Source: Candidatus Cloacimonadota bacterium
Lineage (GTDB): Bacteria > Cloacimonadota > Cloacimonadia > Cloacimonadales > TCS61
Assembly (NCBI GenBank): GCA_018645365.1
Contig: JABGOP010000005.1
Coordinates: 440 to 64,439 of the forward strand
Reading direction: 5' to 3'
DNA length: 64,000 nt
In this document: positions 35,101-43,900 of the stretch, in pieces
Position numbering within the stretch: position 1 is the first letter of the stretch
Layout: every line of letters begins with the position of its first letter
Position numbers and translations under genes: made by a program
The notes under the pieces: model-generated
The model's input: the letters and a program-made list of their open reading frames with translations, nothing else
What the model was told of the DNA's origin: nothing
Database searches by the model: none

Positions 35101-37807
35101 CAGTTGCATCGTGAATTACTTCGCCCATTTCGTTGACGACATGACCACCAATCTGACCAAAACTTTCCACAACCAAAGTAATCGGAATGATAAATACTTC
35201 GCCTGCATGCGCATTATTAGAAATGAAAATTTCTGTATAATAAGTTCCGTCTGTTAATGATGCCGAGTCAAATGTTAAATTTATTTCCGAAGTTTCATTT
35301 GCTTCACATTCACCGTGCTGATGGGAAAGCTCAAGCCAATCTGCTTGCGGAGCAACTTCTAAATCGTAGTAAAGTGATGTTCCGTCTGAACCTGAGTTTA
35401 CAATCTCCAAAATTTGAGATACTTCCTGTTGCGGTGACATATTTTGCGTGAAAAAAGACGGATTGTATTCCAAGCCGACGAAAGGTCGAACAGTGAGTGT
35501 AATTGGAATAATCTCTGGAACATCAGAAGTGTTGTTATTTATGACAACATTAACGGAATAAGTTCCCGCCGCTATATCTTCCGTATTGTAATGCAGTGTG
35601 TGTGTAAAGCTCTCACCAGCACCTATTTCGCCATGGTTTGGCACAACATTTATGTTTCTTTGAATGAGTGTAATTACATCGGAAACTTCGTGTGGATTGC
35701 CACCCCAGATGTCACCATAAAGTGTCCAATCAAGTAAAAGTTCTCCCGAAAAATCTGGTGCAATTGTGATGTTCAAAACAGCAGATGCATATTCTCCATC
35801 TTTGATAACTCCCCAACCGTTATCTGTAGTACCTTCCCAAGTTATATTGTTAGAAGCTACCTCAGAGTTCACATATAAATCGCCGTCCGATCCCCCCACA
35901 AAACTGGAAACACTATTGATTGTTATTCCTTCTGGAAAGTGAAGTTCAGCACTTTCAATCCATTCATTATCAACACTTGCATTGTAAATTTCAAAATAAT
36001 AATTTGCAGTAATACCTGGGAAATAACCATCATTGAGACAAGTTAAACTTGAGCCAGAAATATCTCTATTTATTTCGTCGGGATATTCAAAAAATATATC
36101 GTAAGTCAACATTGAGTTTTCTGCCCCAACATTTGAAATTGTCATAGAACCAGTAGTATCTTGGGCTGTATCCATCACAATATTAAATTCTGACGGCGTG
36201 TAGGCGATAGCTGGGTCTGGTTCAATCGTAAAATTAACTGCCGCTTCATGTGTGAATTCACCACCAGTGGCAAGAGTATCACTACCCTCCATAAGGAGAT
36301 AATACCCATCACCATACTCACAGCAAAGTCCATCTCCATAGGAATCGTAAATACCTAAAGTATAGGCTCCATCTGGTAAACAAAAGTTGGTTGCATATAG
36401 AGAATCCTCCACTGCCCCCAAACCAGTATAAAGTTCTACTCCGTCAGAATCCATCAATTTCCAAGATATTTCTTCGGGATAGTTATCATAAACTAGGTTA
36501 AATTGTATTTCGGTTGCATCACAAGGTAGGTATTCACACGAATTATCGCTAATATTTGCATCAGGATTGTAATTTGTTGCCCAACTATCAGTACAGCCGT
36601 AAACACCAGTTATCCAGCGAATTTCAAAATCCATCCCTTCACTAACGTGCCAACCTGCAAGGCGAATGTGAATTGTTGTTCCAACTAGTTCTTCACTTAT
36701 AAACAGTTCTAAATTTTGATATGCTCCACCAATGAAATCATCAAACTCATCATCTGTTACACCGCAATCTCCCACAACTTGAACCGCTTCATACTCCGGT
36801 AAATTTACTTGTAAAAAACCAACCTCGGTAATATCCAAAGCGTACCATTGTTCATTTCCATACGAATGATTTACACCAATTGTGGCATTAAACGGATAGT
36901 CACATAAATCTCCAGTATAGAAACAACTGCCATCATTTGTAGTTGCATCTGGATTGTAATTTAAAGCATCTGGGTCGGTGCACCCCGGCTCTCCTTCTAC
37001 TGCAAGACAGACAACAGTTTCTTCGCTTCCATTTTGCAGTGTATAGTTGTATAACACATTTCCATCTTCATCGAAAATATTGAAAACATTGCCAGTCCAA
37101 CCGTCACCGTAAGAATCCATTGCGTGCAAATAATAAAGATTTTCATCAATGCAGATATTTCCAGAATAAGGAGCACCACCGCTCAAAACAATATTGCCAT
37201 CCACATCTAACATTTCCCACGAAATCTCAGATTGGTAACTGCCACCACCACACTCTACTAAAAACCAATTATCATAGCAACAACTTCCGTCATCAACATT
37301 TGCATCGGGGTTGTAATTTTGAGCAGTTTCATCTGTACAACCTTCCACAACATTTGAAATTTCTACGATGAAACCAATTCCTGCTCCACAATTTGGTCCA
37401 TCTCCAATGATAAAATTTCCATCTTGGTCGTAAAAATTATAACTATGTTCATTTTCGTAATTTCCTGCGGTGTAAACCGTAGAGATAGAATCTCCATTTT
37501 CAACTGCGAGGTAATATGTGGAAAATTCACCATCACAAGTGATGTGTCCATCAAATTGTTCCGCACCATTCACATAGACATGCATATAGGCACCATCCCA
37601 ACCATCACCGTACGAATCGATGAGGAGAAGTGTAAAGTTTTCTTCTCTGTTTTTTCCAATATTTTTTGGTAAAACAGGTGAAGGAACATTGTTTTTTGTG
37701 TATTTTGGCAAATTTAGTTGGTTTAAAGTTTGTACAAACTTTCCGTCAGTCGCCGCCAAGGCGCTGATTGTTAAAAGAATTAAAGTAATCAAAATAAATT
37801 TTTTCAT
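32129..37807 (-). CDS. giant modular secreted protein (adhesin/enzyme-like): three SYGDG modules, three Cys-bounded NYNP motifs, CarboxypepD_reg-like domains, PKD domain, parallel beta-helix repeats, C-terminal FN3-like domain
   Basis: 1892 aa from ATG 37807 (GGAGG RBS; the track ORF starts 5 codons earlier). Signal peptide MKKFILITLILLTISALA. PKD signature YFWDFDNDGIYD. Two GxVxxxxGExI...TDENGFYSLSLPAGHYEL-type domains. Repeated TLTNNRVL.SPQRTR beta-helix rungs. Ends LSWNEIPGAIRYNIYKS...YFYKIKAANNR, with no T9SS-type tail recognised. Confidence 0.8.
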   Translation of the reverse strand: MKKFILITLILLTISALAATDGKFVQTLNQLNLPKYTKNNVPSPVLPKNIGKNREENFTLLLIDSYGDGWDGAYMHVYVNGAEQFDGHITCDGEFSTYYLAVENGDSISTVYTAGNYENEHSYNFYDQDGNFIIGDGPNCGAGIGFIVEISNVVEGCTDETAQNYNPDANVDDGSCCYDNWFLVECGGGSYQSEISWEMLDVDGNIVLSGGAPYSGNICIDENLYYLHAMDSYGDGWTGNVFNIFDEDGNVLYNYTLQNGSEETVVCLAVEGEPGCTDPDALNYNPDATTNDGSCFYTGDLCDYPFNATIGVNHSYGNEQWYALDITEVGFLQVNLPEYEAVQVVGDCGVTDDEFDDFIGGAYQNLELFISEELVGTTIHIRLAGWHVSEGMDFEIRWITGVYGCTDSWATNYNPDANISDNSCEYLPCDATEIQFNLVYDNYPEEISWKLMDSDGVELYTGLGAVEDSLYATNFCLPDGAYTLGIYDSYGDGLCCEYGDGYYLLMEGSDTLATGGEFTHEAAVNFTIEPDPAIAYTPSEFNIVMDTAQDTTGSMTISNVGAENSMLTYDIFFEYPDEINRDISGSSLTCLNDGYFPGITANYYFEIYNASVDNEWIESAELHFPEGITINSVSSFVGGSDGDLYVNSEVASNNITWEGTTDNGWGVIKDGEYASAVLNITIAPDFSGELLLDWTLYGDIWGGNPHEVSDVITLIQRNINVVPNHGEIGAGESFTHTLHYNTEDIAAGTYSVNVVINNNTSDVPEIIPITLTVRPFVGLEYNPSFFTQNMSPQQEVSQILEIVNSGSDGTSLYYDLEVAPQADWLELSHQHGECEANETSEINLTFDSASLTDGTYYTEIFISNNAHAGEVFIIPITLVVESFGQIGGHVVNEMGEVIHDATVSAGNQSVITDETGAYLMTLPHGTYNVVCSANSYQTAIMENVEVEESMVYEVDFTLENMPAQSLPFVENWDEPAGWSYFPDEGNWEMTEANEYGQGQGRPAPAAIFRSQPIRENYSYALESPALHPSEQADIFLNYQLRMRNLSWAPQPTVEYLKTEVGVNGQWTTVTEYSNVDGSIWWTTEQFNITEIVGNNDFKIRFIVSGTNSYNIVFWMIDNIYINQTANAGFLQGYVTNEDNGEPIFAYVHIETDDSEGIDNITTMTDENGFYSLSLPAGHYELMFVAPSYANEWWGVDITPGEVEALNMALEPIQTVNAEFSADIVEGRAPLEVNFEDESGGYPYQYFWDFDNDGIYDSNQDEPEWTYYHQGTYTVKLLILCDGGSSEIIKENYITVALQENGTDVDEDANIEGDWTYANSPYNLNTSITIQENDTLNIEAGSYIIINGNIDISVNGTINGDSLIFVNNTSREGEWGGITISNSENSVLENCFFFDTSTALTVNGASPTIKNCIFTGNPDTALRRGAYGLKIMENANPIIENNIFEDFESGILIDNRLGTSISSPIITNNSILCDITNLSRTTSNGISISGSSTATIEDNVIDGYDNGIVIVNDSGTLATPTVMNNSVVTTPQYSREHSGTGNGILIDGYVSADIIDNEIEEYPFGIVYDFSGPALAEEETPTLTNNRVLTSPQRTREEGQKGIWIQNIKYIEVDSNFVNGYETGIEFGNDEADTSTPTLTNNRVLNSPQRTRNGNVGIRILGNVAGETHSNEITACDSAIVISEAVPKIYENLLYLENMGSSVAISAENASGLNVFDNTIYNYNTGFVAQNTVADFTNNIVWHVTNGIDETGSVLTVNYNNILGGYTGLNNINVDPQFTSVDSADVDFLHLNWTSECIDAGDPSTIDEDGTISDVGANSFTQLATLSTPNIAIALSTTIQLSWNEIPGAIRYNIYKSTTPNGTYNFTATVRELNWTDGLLQRYFYKIKAANNR
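36530..36598 (-). repeat. 23-aa Cys-bounded motif copy 3: GCTDSWATNYNPDANISDNSCEY
   Basis: In-frame protein-level repeat within the giant gene. Confidence 0.85.
36917..36985 (-). repeat. 23-aa Cys-bounded motif copy 2: GCTDPDALNYNPDATTNDGSCFY
   Basis: In-frame protein-level repeat within the giant gene. Confidence 0.85.
37274..37342 (-). repeat. 23-aa Cys-bounded motif copy 1: GCTDETAQNYNPDANVDDGSCCY
   Basis: In-frame protein-level repeat within the giant gene. Confidence 0.85.
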
Positions 37808-37922
37808 TATGACCTCCATCATAAACCACTATGCTAATGTAAACGCAATTTCTATTCCATACTCAAATTTAATTTCATGTTTTTTCAACACACTGACATG
37901 CTTTTCTCACAGGAACAATTGT

Positions 37923-37945
37923 GTCAAGGTAAAAAATACCTTGAC
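37923..37945. promoter_or_regulatory. perfect inverted repeat GTCAAGGTA-AAAAA-TACCTTGAC in the divergent giant-gene/fur intergenic region; each arm presents CTTGAC outward
   Basis: Read directly. 9-bp arms with a 5-nt A spacer. CTTGAC is the recurrent -35-like hexamer in this window. Confidence 0.45.
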
Positions 37946-37956
37946 CAAAAACTAAC

Positions 37957-37972
37957 TGCAAATCGATTTGCA
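37957..37972. promoter_or_regulatory. perfect 16-bp palindrome TGCAAATCGATTTGCA, candidate operator 25 nt upstream of the Fur-family gene
   Basis: Read directly. Lies between the CTTGAC at 37940 and the RBS of the fur-like gene. Confidence 0.45.
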
Positions 37973-37996
37973 TTTGTAAGGCTAGAAGGTGAAATT

Positions 37997-38443
37997 ATGA
38001 AGAAAGAACATAAAGTTTTTCAAGATTTTTTGAAGTCACAAGGGTTAAAATTAACGAAACCACGCTTAATTATTTTCAAAGCAATTTTTGAAAATAAAGA
38101 CCATTTTGATGTAGAAAATCTTTTTAACGAAATCCATCAAAAACACAAAAATGTCTCGCGAGCAACAATTTATCGAACTATCCCAATTTTAGTAGAAGCT
38201 GGTATCATCAAACAGTACCTACGATGCGAAGCAAAAGACCATTACGAGCATGTTTACGGAAGTCGCAAACGACTCCATTTTATTTGTGATAATTGCGGCA
38301 AAATAAGTACACGCGATTGCCGCACAATCAAAGAAACGCTCATGTTGCTGGCTGAATTGGAAGAATTTAAAATCACAGAATTGAATTTGAGCGTTTTCGG
38401 ATTATGTAAAGATTGTCAAAAAAAGGCTAATCACTCGGAATAA
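37997..38443 (+). CDS. Fur-family transcriptional regulator (atypical metal-site residues)
   Basis: 148 aa from ATG 37997 (the track ORF starts 40 codons earlier). LKLTKPRLIIFKAIF...VSRATIYRTIPILVEAGII winged helix. Two CxxC pairs (CDNC, CKDC). Only one His directly precedes the first CxxC (RLHFIC). Confidence 0.85.
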   Translation: MKKEHKVFQDFLKSQGLKLTKPRLIIFKAIFENKDHFDVENLFNEIHQKHKNVSRATIYRTIPILVEAGIIKQYLRCEAKDHYEHVYGSRKRLHFICDNCGKISTRDCRTIKETLMLLAELEEFKITELNLSVFGLCKDCQKKANHSE

Positions 38444-39419
38444 CCATCCGAATACCGAGAAATGGACTACGATAAAGCGGACATTTCACCGAATATTCAA
38501 AAGGTTCATCACGCATTTCGCCATTATTTTTCAGAAAATACATCTCATTACACCCAGCAGCACAAGAAATATCTACCGGAGGCACACCACTAGCAAGCCA
38601 TTCTGAAACTCCACTCTTTACATTTTGAAGTGGAAATCTATTTTGTTCATTCAGGTAATAACTCTCAAAAAAATCTACCGATTTATCAATTGATACCGAA
38701 AAAGCCACCTTCATTTCAGTCAAATTAGGAAGTTCGCCATGCATCCAGTTGCAAAAAGCATTCGCCTCAAACCATCTGATATTCGTAACGGGACCGTAAA
38801 TAAAGTTTGAGGTTGCATTTTTCCAGTGTGGTTCAAGTTTAAAATCCCACTCTTTCGGCTTCGACATCATTAAACTGCCTTGATAATTCCAGCCGACTTC
38901 TTGATTTGACATCACATCTTTGGCAATATTCCAGAAATTTTTCAAATCGTAACCATCTGAATTTATGAATGCCAAATATTGTTCATTTGTAATCTCAAAT
39001 TTACTAACATAAAACGATTTTGTGGCAATCGTCTCGATGACATTTTCGGAGATTAAATGATAATTTCCCATCGGAATTTTTGACATTTCGTAATAAATCC
39101 TGTCGTTAAAAAATAACTTTGGAAAAATTGTGTATTCTCCAAAGTCTTGAATTAATTCTTCTTCGGCAATTACCATTTTATAACTGTTTTTAGGTGTAAT
39201 CTCTCCGAAATCACCACTTATTTTTTTGGCATCAAGCTCAAAAACAATCTTCTCTTTTTTGTGAAAACAGCCTAATTCAATTCTCATATTTTCTGCTTGG
39301 TTTTCGATTTTCCATTCCACTTCTATACCTCTTTTTTGTGAAATTTGGACATCAACCAAAATGGGAATCGCAACGATATTTACGCTGATTAATAAACTAA
39401 AAATTATCAAATATTTCAT
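38427..39419 (-). CDS. secreted FGE/SUMF1-family (formylglycine-generating enzyme-like) domain protein
   Basis: 330 aa from ATG 39419 (the track uses a TTG 3 codons upstream). Signal/anchor helix. The C-terminal half FYVSKFEITNEQYLAFI...GPVTNIRWFEANAFCNWMHGELP...GVSEWL...RSPFLGIRMV fits the FGE-sulfatase domain pattern. 3' end overlaps the fur-like gene by 17 nt. Confidence 0.65.
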   Translation of the reverse strand: MKYLIIFSLLISVNIVAIPILVDVQISQKRGIEVEWKIENQAENMRIELGCFHKKEKIVFELDAKKISGDFGEITPKNSYKMVIAEEELIQDFGEYTIFPKLFFNDRIYYEMSKIPMGNYHLISENVIETIATKSFYVSKFEITNEQYLAFINSDGYDLKNFWNIAKDVMSNQEVGWNYQGSLMMSKPKEWDFKLEPHWKNATSNFIYGPVTNIRWFEANAFCNWMHGELPNLTEMKVAFSVSIDKSVDFFESYYLNEQNRFPLQNVKSGVSEWLASGVPPVDISCAAGCNEMYFLKNNGEMRDEPFEYSVKCPLYRSPFLGIRMVIPSD

Positions 39420-39494
39420 ATTTTCCAAAAAATATCTTGCCTAAAATTCGTAAACATTTTTTTGCTATTTTCATGAAATTTAAGGAGAATTTTA

Positions 39495-39884
39495 ATGATT
39501 AATCATGTTTTTTTAATTGCTTTTGGCGGTGCATTGGGGGCTATTTTTCGCTATTTGATATCACGTTTTATCGACAATTTCAGCAATAATTTATTTTCAT
39601 TCGGAACTTTGTCCGTAAATTTTATTGGCTCTCTTTTAGTCGGCTTTTTGATTGGTTTTTTGGGTCGAGATATCTTATCCGAAAGCGTAAATAATTTTGC
39701 ACTAATTGGTTTTTTAGGAGCATTCACGACTTTTTCTGCCTTCACAATGCAAAGCGTAATTTTATGGCAAGAAAATGAATTCCGTTTATTTTTTACCAAC
39801 ATTTTAGCCAATAATATTCTGGGAATTGTAGCGGTATTCATTGGACTTTTTCTTTTTAAAATTTTCACAAAAAATCTTTCGTAA
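39495..39884 (+). CDS. crcB: fluoride ion channel CrcB/FluC
   Basis: 129 aa with 4 TM. GGALGAIFRY, GTLSVNFIGS, GFLGAFTTFSAF. Confidence 0.85.
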   Translation: MINHVFLIAFGGALGAIFRYLISRFIDNFSNNLFSFGTLSVNFIGSLLVGFLIGFLGRDILSESVNNFALIGFLGAFTTFSAFTMQSVILWQENEFRLFFTNILANNILGIVAVFIGLFLFKIFTKNLS

Positions 39885-39896
39885 AATGGAGAAACT

Positions 39897-40985
39897 ATGT
39901 TAAATTTTAAAAAAATCAGAAGAGATTTACACCAAATCCCAGAACTTGCTTTTGAAGAATTTGAAACGCAAAAATATCTTCTCCAAATTCTGGAAACTTT
40001 TCCAAACATAAAAATTCACACCTTTGATTTTACTGGAATCATGGTGGAATATTCACCCAATTCTGGAAAACATAAACTTTTCCGTGCCGACATGGACGGC
40101 TTGCCAATTTTGGAAAGTACAGCCTGTGATTTCACATCAAAAAACGAAGGCAAAATGCACGCCTGCGGACACGATGTGCATCTTACGATTTTGCTTGGTT
40201 TAATCGAAAAAATAATTTCAGAAAAAATAGAACAAAATCTCCTTTTCCTTTTTCAGCCGGCTGAAGAGGGAAAGGGTGGAGCAAAACGCATTATTGAAAA
40301 TGGTATTTTGAAAAACTTTGACATTTCAGAAGCTTTTGCACTTCATGTAACCGATGATTTAAAAATCGGAGAAATCTCATCAAAAGGTGGTATTTTTTTT
40401 GCCAATACACAAGAAGTAGATGTAGAATTTATCGGTAAAAGTGCACATGTTGCTTTCCCTGAAAATGGGAAAGATGCTATCTTTGCAGCTATTGAATTTT
40501 ATCTCGAAATACAAAAAGAAAAAACCCGAAACAGCATTTGTGCTTTCGGAAAAATCAGCGGAGGAACAGCTGTAAATGCTGTCGCAGAAAATTGTAAATT
40601 GAGCGGAACTTTCCGAACTTTTTCGCACCGCCAACATCAAATCACCAAAAATAAAATTGAGCAAACTGTTCATCAAATGGCTGAAAAACACCAATTAAAA
40701 GCTAATCTGTCATTTTTTGCATATTACAAAGAAGTGGTGAATAGCGAAAAATTGTATCACAAATTGAAAAAAATTACGGTTAAAAACAACTACAAATTCA
40801 TTGAAGCGAAAAAAGTATTTACTGGTGAAGATTTCGGTTTTTTTACAGATAAATATGAAGGTATCTTATTTTGGTTGGGTGCGCGTTTAGAAAATTGCAA
40901 AAAAACGGGGTTACACTCCACTAATTTTCTACCAGACGAAAAAGCTATCGAAGTTGGAATTAACCTGCTTTTTCAATTAATCTAA
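39897..40985 (+). CDS. M20D-family amidohydrolase (N-acetyldiaminopimelate deacetylase / hippurate hydrolase-like)
   Basis: 362 aa. IRRDLHQIPELAFEEFETQKYL, FRADMDGLPI, MHACGHDVH. Confidence 0.8.
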   Translation: MLNFKKIRRDLHQIPELAFEEFETQKYLLQILETFPNIKIHTFDFTGIMVEYSPNSGKHKLFRADMDGLPILESTACDFTSKNEGKMHACGHDVHLTILLGLIEKIISEKIEQNLLFLFQPAEEGKGGAKRIIENGILKNFDISEAFALHVTDDLKIGEISSKGGIFFANTQEVDVEFIGKSAHVAFPENGKDAIFAAIEFYLEIQKEKTRNSICAFGKISGGTAVNAVAENCKLSGTFRTFSHRQHQITKNKIEQTVHQMAEKHQLKANLSFFAYYKEVVNSEKLYHKLKKITVKNNYKFIEAKKVFTGEDFGFFTDKYEGILFWLGARLENCKKTGLHSTNFLPDEKAIEVGINLLFQLI

Positions 40986-43900
40986 CTTATTTTGAATGCC
41001 ATATCGTTGCATTTTTTTGATGAGACCTTGACGGCTTAAACCAAGAGATTTAGCTGCTTTCGTCTGATTATATCCAACTGATTTAAAAACATCTAAAATC
41101 ATTTTTCTTTCCAAATCTTCGATTGCATCTTTCAAAGAAACCGTTTCTAATATTTTGGTTGTTTCTTTATTTGCGTAGTAATGCAAAACTTCCTCTGAAA
41201 GATCAGAATACTTAATTGATGAATTTTCATCAGATAGTGTAACGGCACGTTCAATCTCATTTTCAAGTTGTCTAATATTTCCTGGCCAATCATAATTCTC
41301 TAAATATTTCATCGCTTCTGCGGTTATACCAGAAATATTTCGCTTCATTTTTGCATTATATTTATCCAAAAAATGAACTGCTAAAAGAGGAATATCGGAA
41401 ATTCGTTCGCGCAAAGATGGTACTTCAAATTTAATCACATTCAAACGATAATAAAGATCAAGACGAAATTCTCCCCTTTCCACTTTTTCTTTCAAGGAAA
41501 CATTCGTCGCACAAACCACCCGCACATCTACTTTTTTAATCTGCGTTGAACCAACTGGTTTTATCTCACCTTCTTGCAGAAAACGGAGCAATTTTGCTTG
41601 AATGGATAAGCTAATATCAGCAATTTCATCGAGAAAGAAAGTGCCACCATTTGCAACTTCAAATAATCCTTTTTTATTGTGAGTTGCCCCGGTAAATGCT
41701 CCTTTTACATGACCGAAAAGCTCACTTTCCAAAAGGGTTTCTGGCAATGCACCACAATATTGTGCCACAAAACTTTTATCTTTCCTTTCGCTTTTGAAAT
41801 GAATCGCACGAGCCACCAATTCTTTCCCTGTACCACTCTCACCTTCCAATAAAATTGTGGTGGACGAATTTTTCACTTTATCAATCATATCGAAAATTTT
41901 CTGAATATTTTCACTTTTCCCAATAATGTTGGAAAATGAGTTTGTTGATTCCAATTCTGCCCGAATTAAATTTTGAGATTTTTGCAAATTTTCATAAAAA
42001 ATATTCTCTACAATTACAATTACTTGATTACACAATGCACTGATGAGATTTATCATTTTTTCGGTAAAATAGTGAACTCTCGTTTTGGCAAATAAACAAA
42101 TAACACCTTTTTTTTCGTTGCGAACAGTAAGCGGAAACGAGATAATATTTTTAAATTCTGGTGCAAAATGTGGTTGTTTCTCATTTTGTTTTTCGTTTTT
42201 GGTAAAAGTAGCTTCTACTATATTCATCAATTCTGAAAAGGAGTTGTCAAAATTTGAGAAATTTTCCAAAATTAAATATTCCCATAAATTTTTAACTTTG
42301 GAATTGGGGTATAAAGAGAAAATACCGCCATCAGCTTTGGCAAAATCAACCATTTTTTTGAGAGCAGTTTCCAGAAGCAAATCGAAATCTGAAATTTTAT
42401 TTAACTCGTTTGTGATATCGTAAAATTCGTTCAGTAATGACTCTTGTGTTTTCGATTCTTTTAATTCAGTTGCATATTTTTTCTCAATAACATGAATGAG
42501 TGCTTCATTTTTTTCCAAAACATTGATGGCATCGAATTGGGAAATTATTTTTTGATTATCCGATAAAATCTCTAAAGCTTCTTCCCATTCGTTATTTCCC
42601 AAGAGCAAGGAAGCATATTCAAAATTAGCTAAAGTAAGCTCAAACGAATTTTTAGTTTCAGAAAATGCTTCACTCGCAATGCGTAAATATTCGAGTGCTT
42701 TTTCAACATCGCTATGTTCTAAAAAAGATTTTAAATAGTAACATTTTCCAATTTGGAAAGTATTTTCCATCTCTTCCGAAAGTGAAAGTGCTGATTTTAA
42801 ATAGTAATTTGCACTTTCGAAATTTCTGGTGTAAATGAAGTAAAGAGACTGTTTTTGTAAGCCTTCAATTATTTTATCTTTCGCATTTAACTTTTTAAAA
42901 AAATCTAAACTTTCCACTAAATATGGGTACGCTTCTTCAAATTTATGGAGTTTAGTTAATGCGCTACCGATATTCCCTTTTAATTCTGCTTTCAAAATTT
43001 CATCGGACATCTCATCAATGAAATTTATCCCTTTTAAGTAAAAATCGTGAGCTAAATCGTATTTGCCTCGTTTCTCGTAAATTTCGCCCAAATTATTATA
43101 CGATTTTCCTAAACCTTCGTAAAAATTGTGCTCTTCCGATTTTCTAATGGCATCTTTATAAAATTTTATTGCCTCGGCAAAATTTCCAGATTTGAAATAA
43201 AGTGCCCCCAAATTATTTTGCGAAGCGATGATATTTCGGTATAACTTAAATTTAATGGCAATTCGCAACGATTCCAGAAGAGATTTTTCTGCTTTTTCGT
43301 ATTCGCCATTGTCCATATATGTTACTCCAATATTTATGTAAATGTTGGCAATGCTATATTTATCGCCGAGTAATTTTTGGATATTGAGTGCTTCACTTAA
43401 GTTTTTTAATGATTTTTTGTAATCGCCATATTCTTCTGAAAGATAGCCCAAATTACTGTGGCAAATCGCAACACCATTTAGATTAAAACGCATTTTTTCA
43501 AATTTTAAGCTTTTTTTCATTAGTGTTTCGGCAGAAGCACCATCACCTCGAAACATTGCCAACACACCGAGATTATTGTAAATTGCGGCTAATCCTTCCA
43601 CATTTTCAATCTCTTTAAATTTCTCTTCGCTACGTTCAAATTCATCAGTTGCTTTATCCCATTTATCAGTGGAATAATAGATTTTCCCTTTATTTTTTAT
43701 CGCTTCAGCTTCAATGAATTTGCGCAATTTCTTATCTTTTATTTCAACAAGATTTTGTAGAATTTCTTCAATAATTTTTAATGCTTCTTCATTTTTTTCA
43801 AGATCAGTCTTTATCTCAATTTTCAACAACAATATCTGATTTTTCAAAAACATATCACTAGATGCAAATGTGTACTTTTTGATGATTTCGAGTGCAAAAA

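Noticed and set aside
39429-39494. Possible fluoride riboswitch upstream of crcB
   Set aside because: The 66-nt AT-rich spacer shows none of the conserved crcB-motif core or its GC-rich pseudoknot helices as I recall them. It is too short and unstructured.
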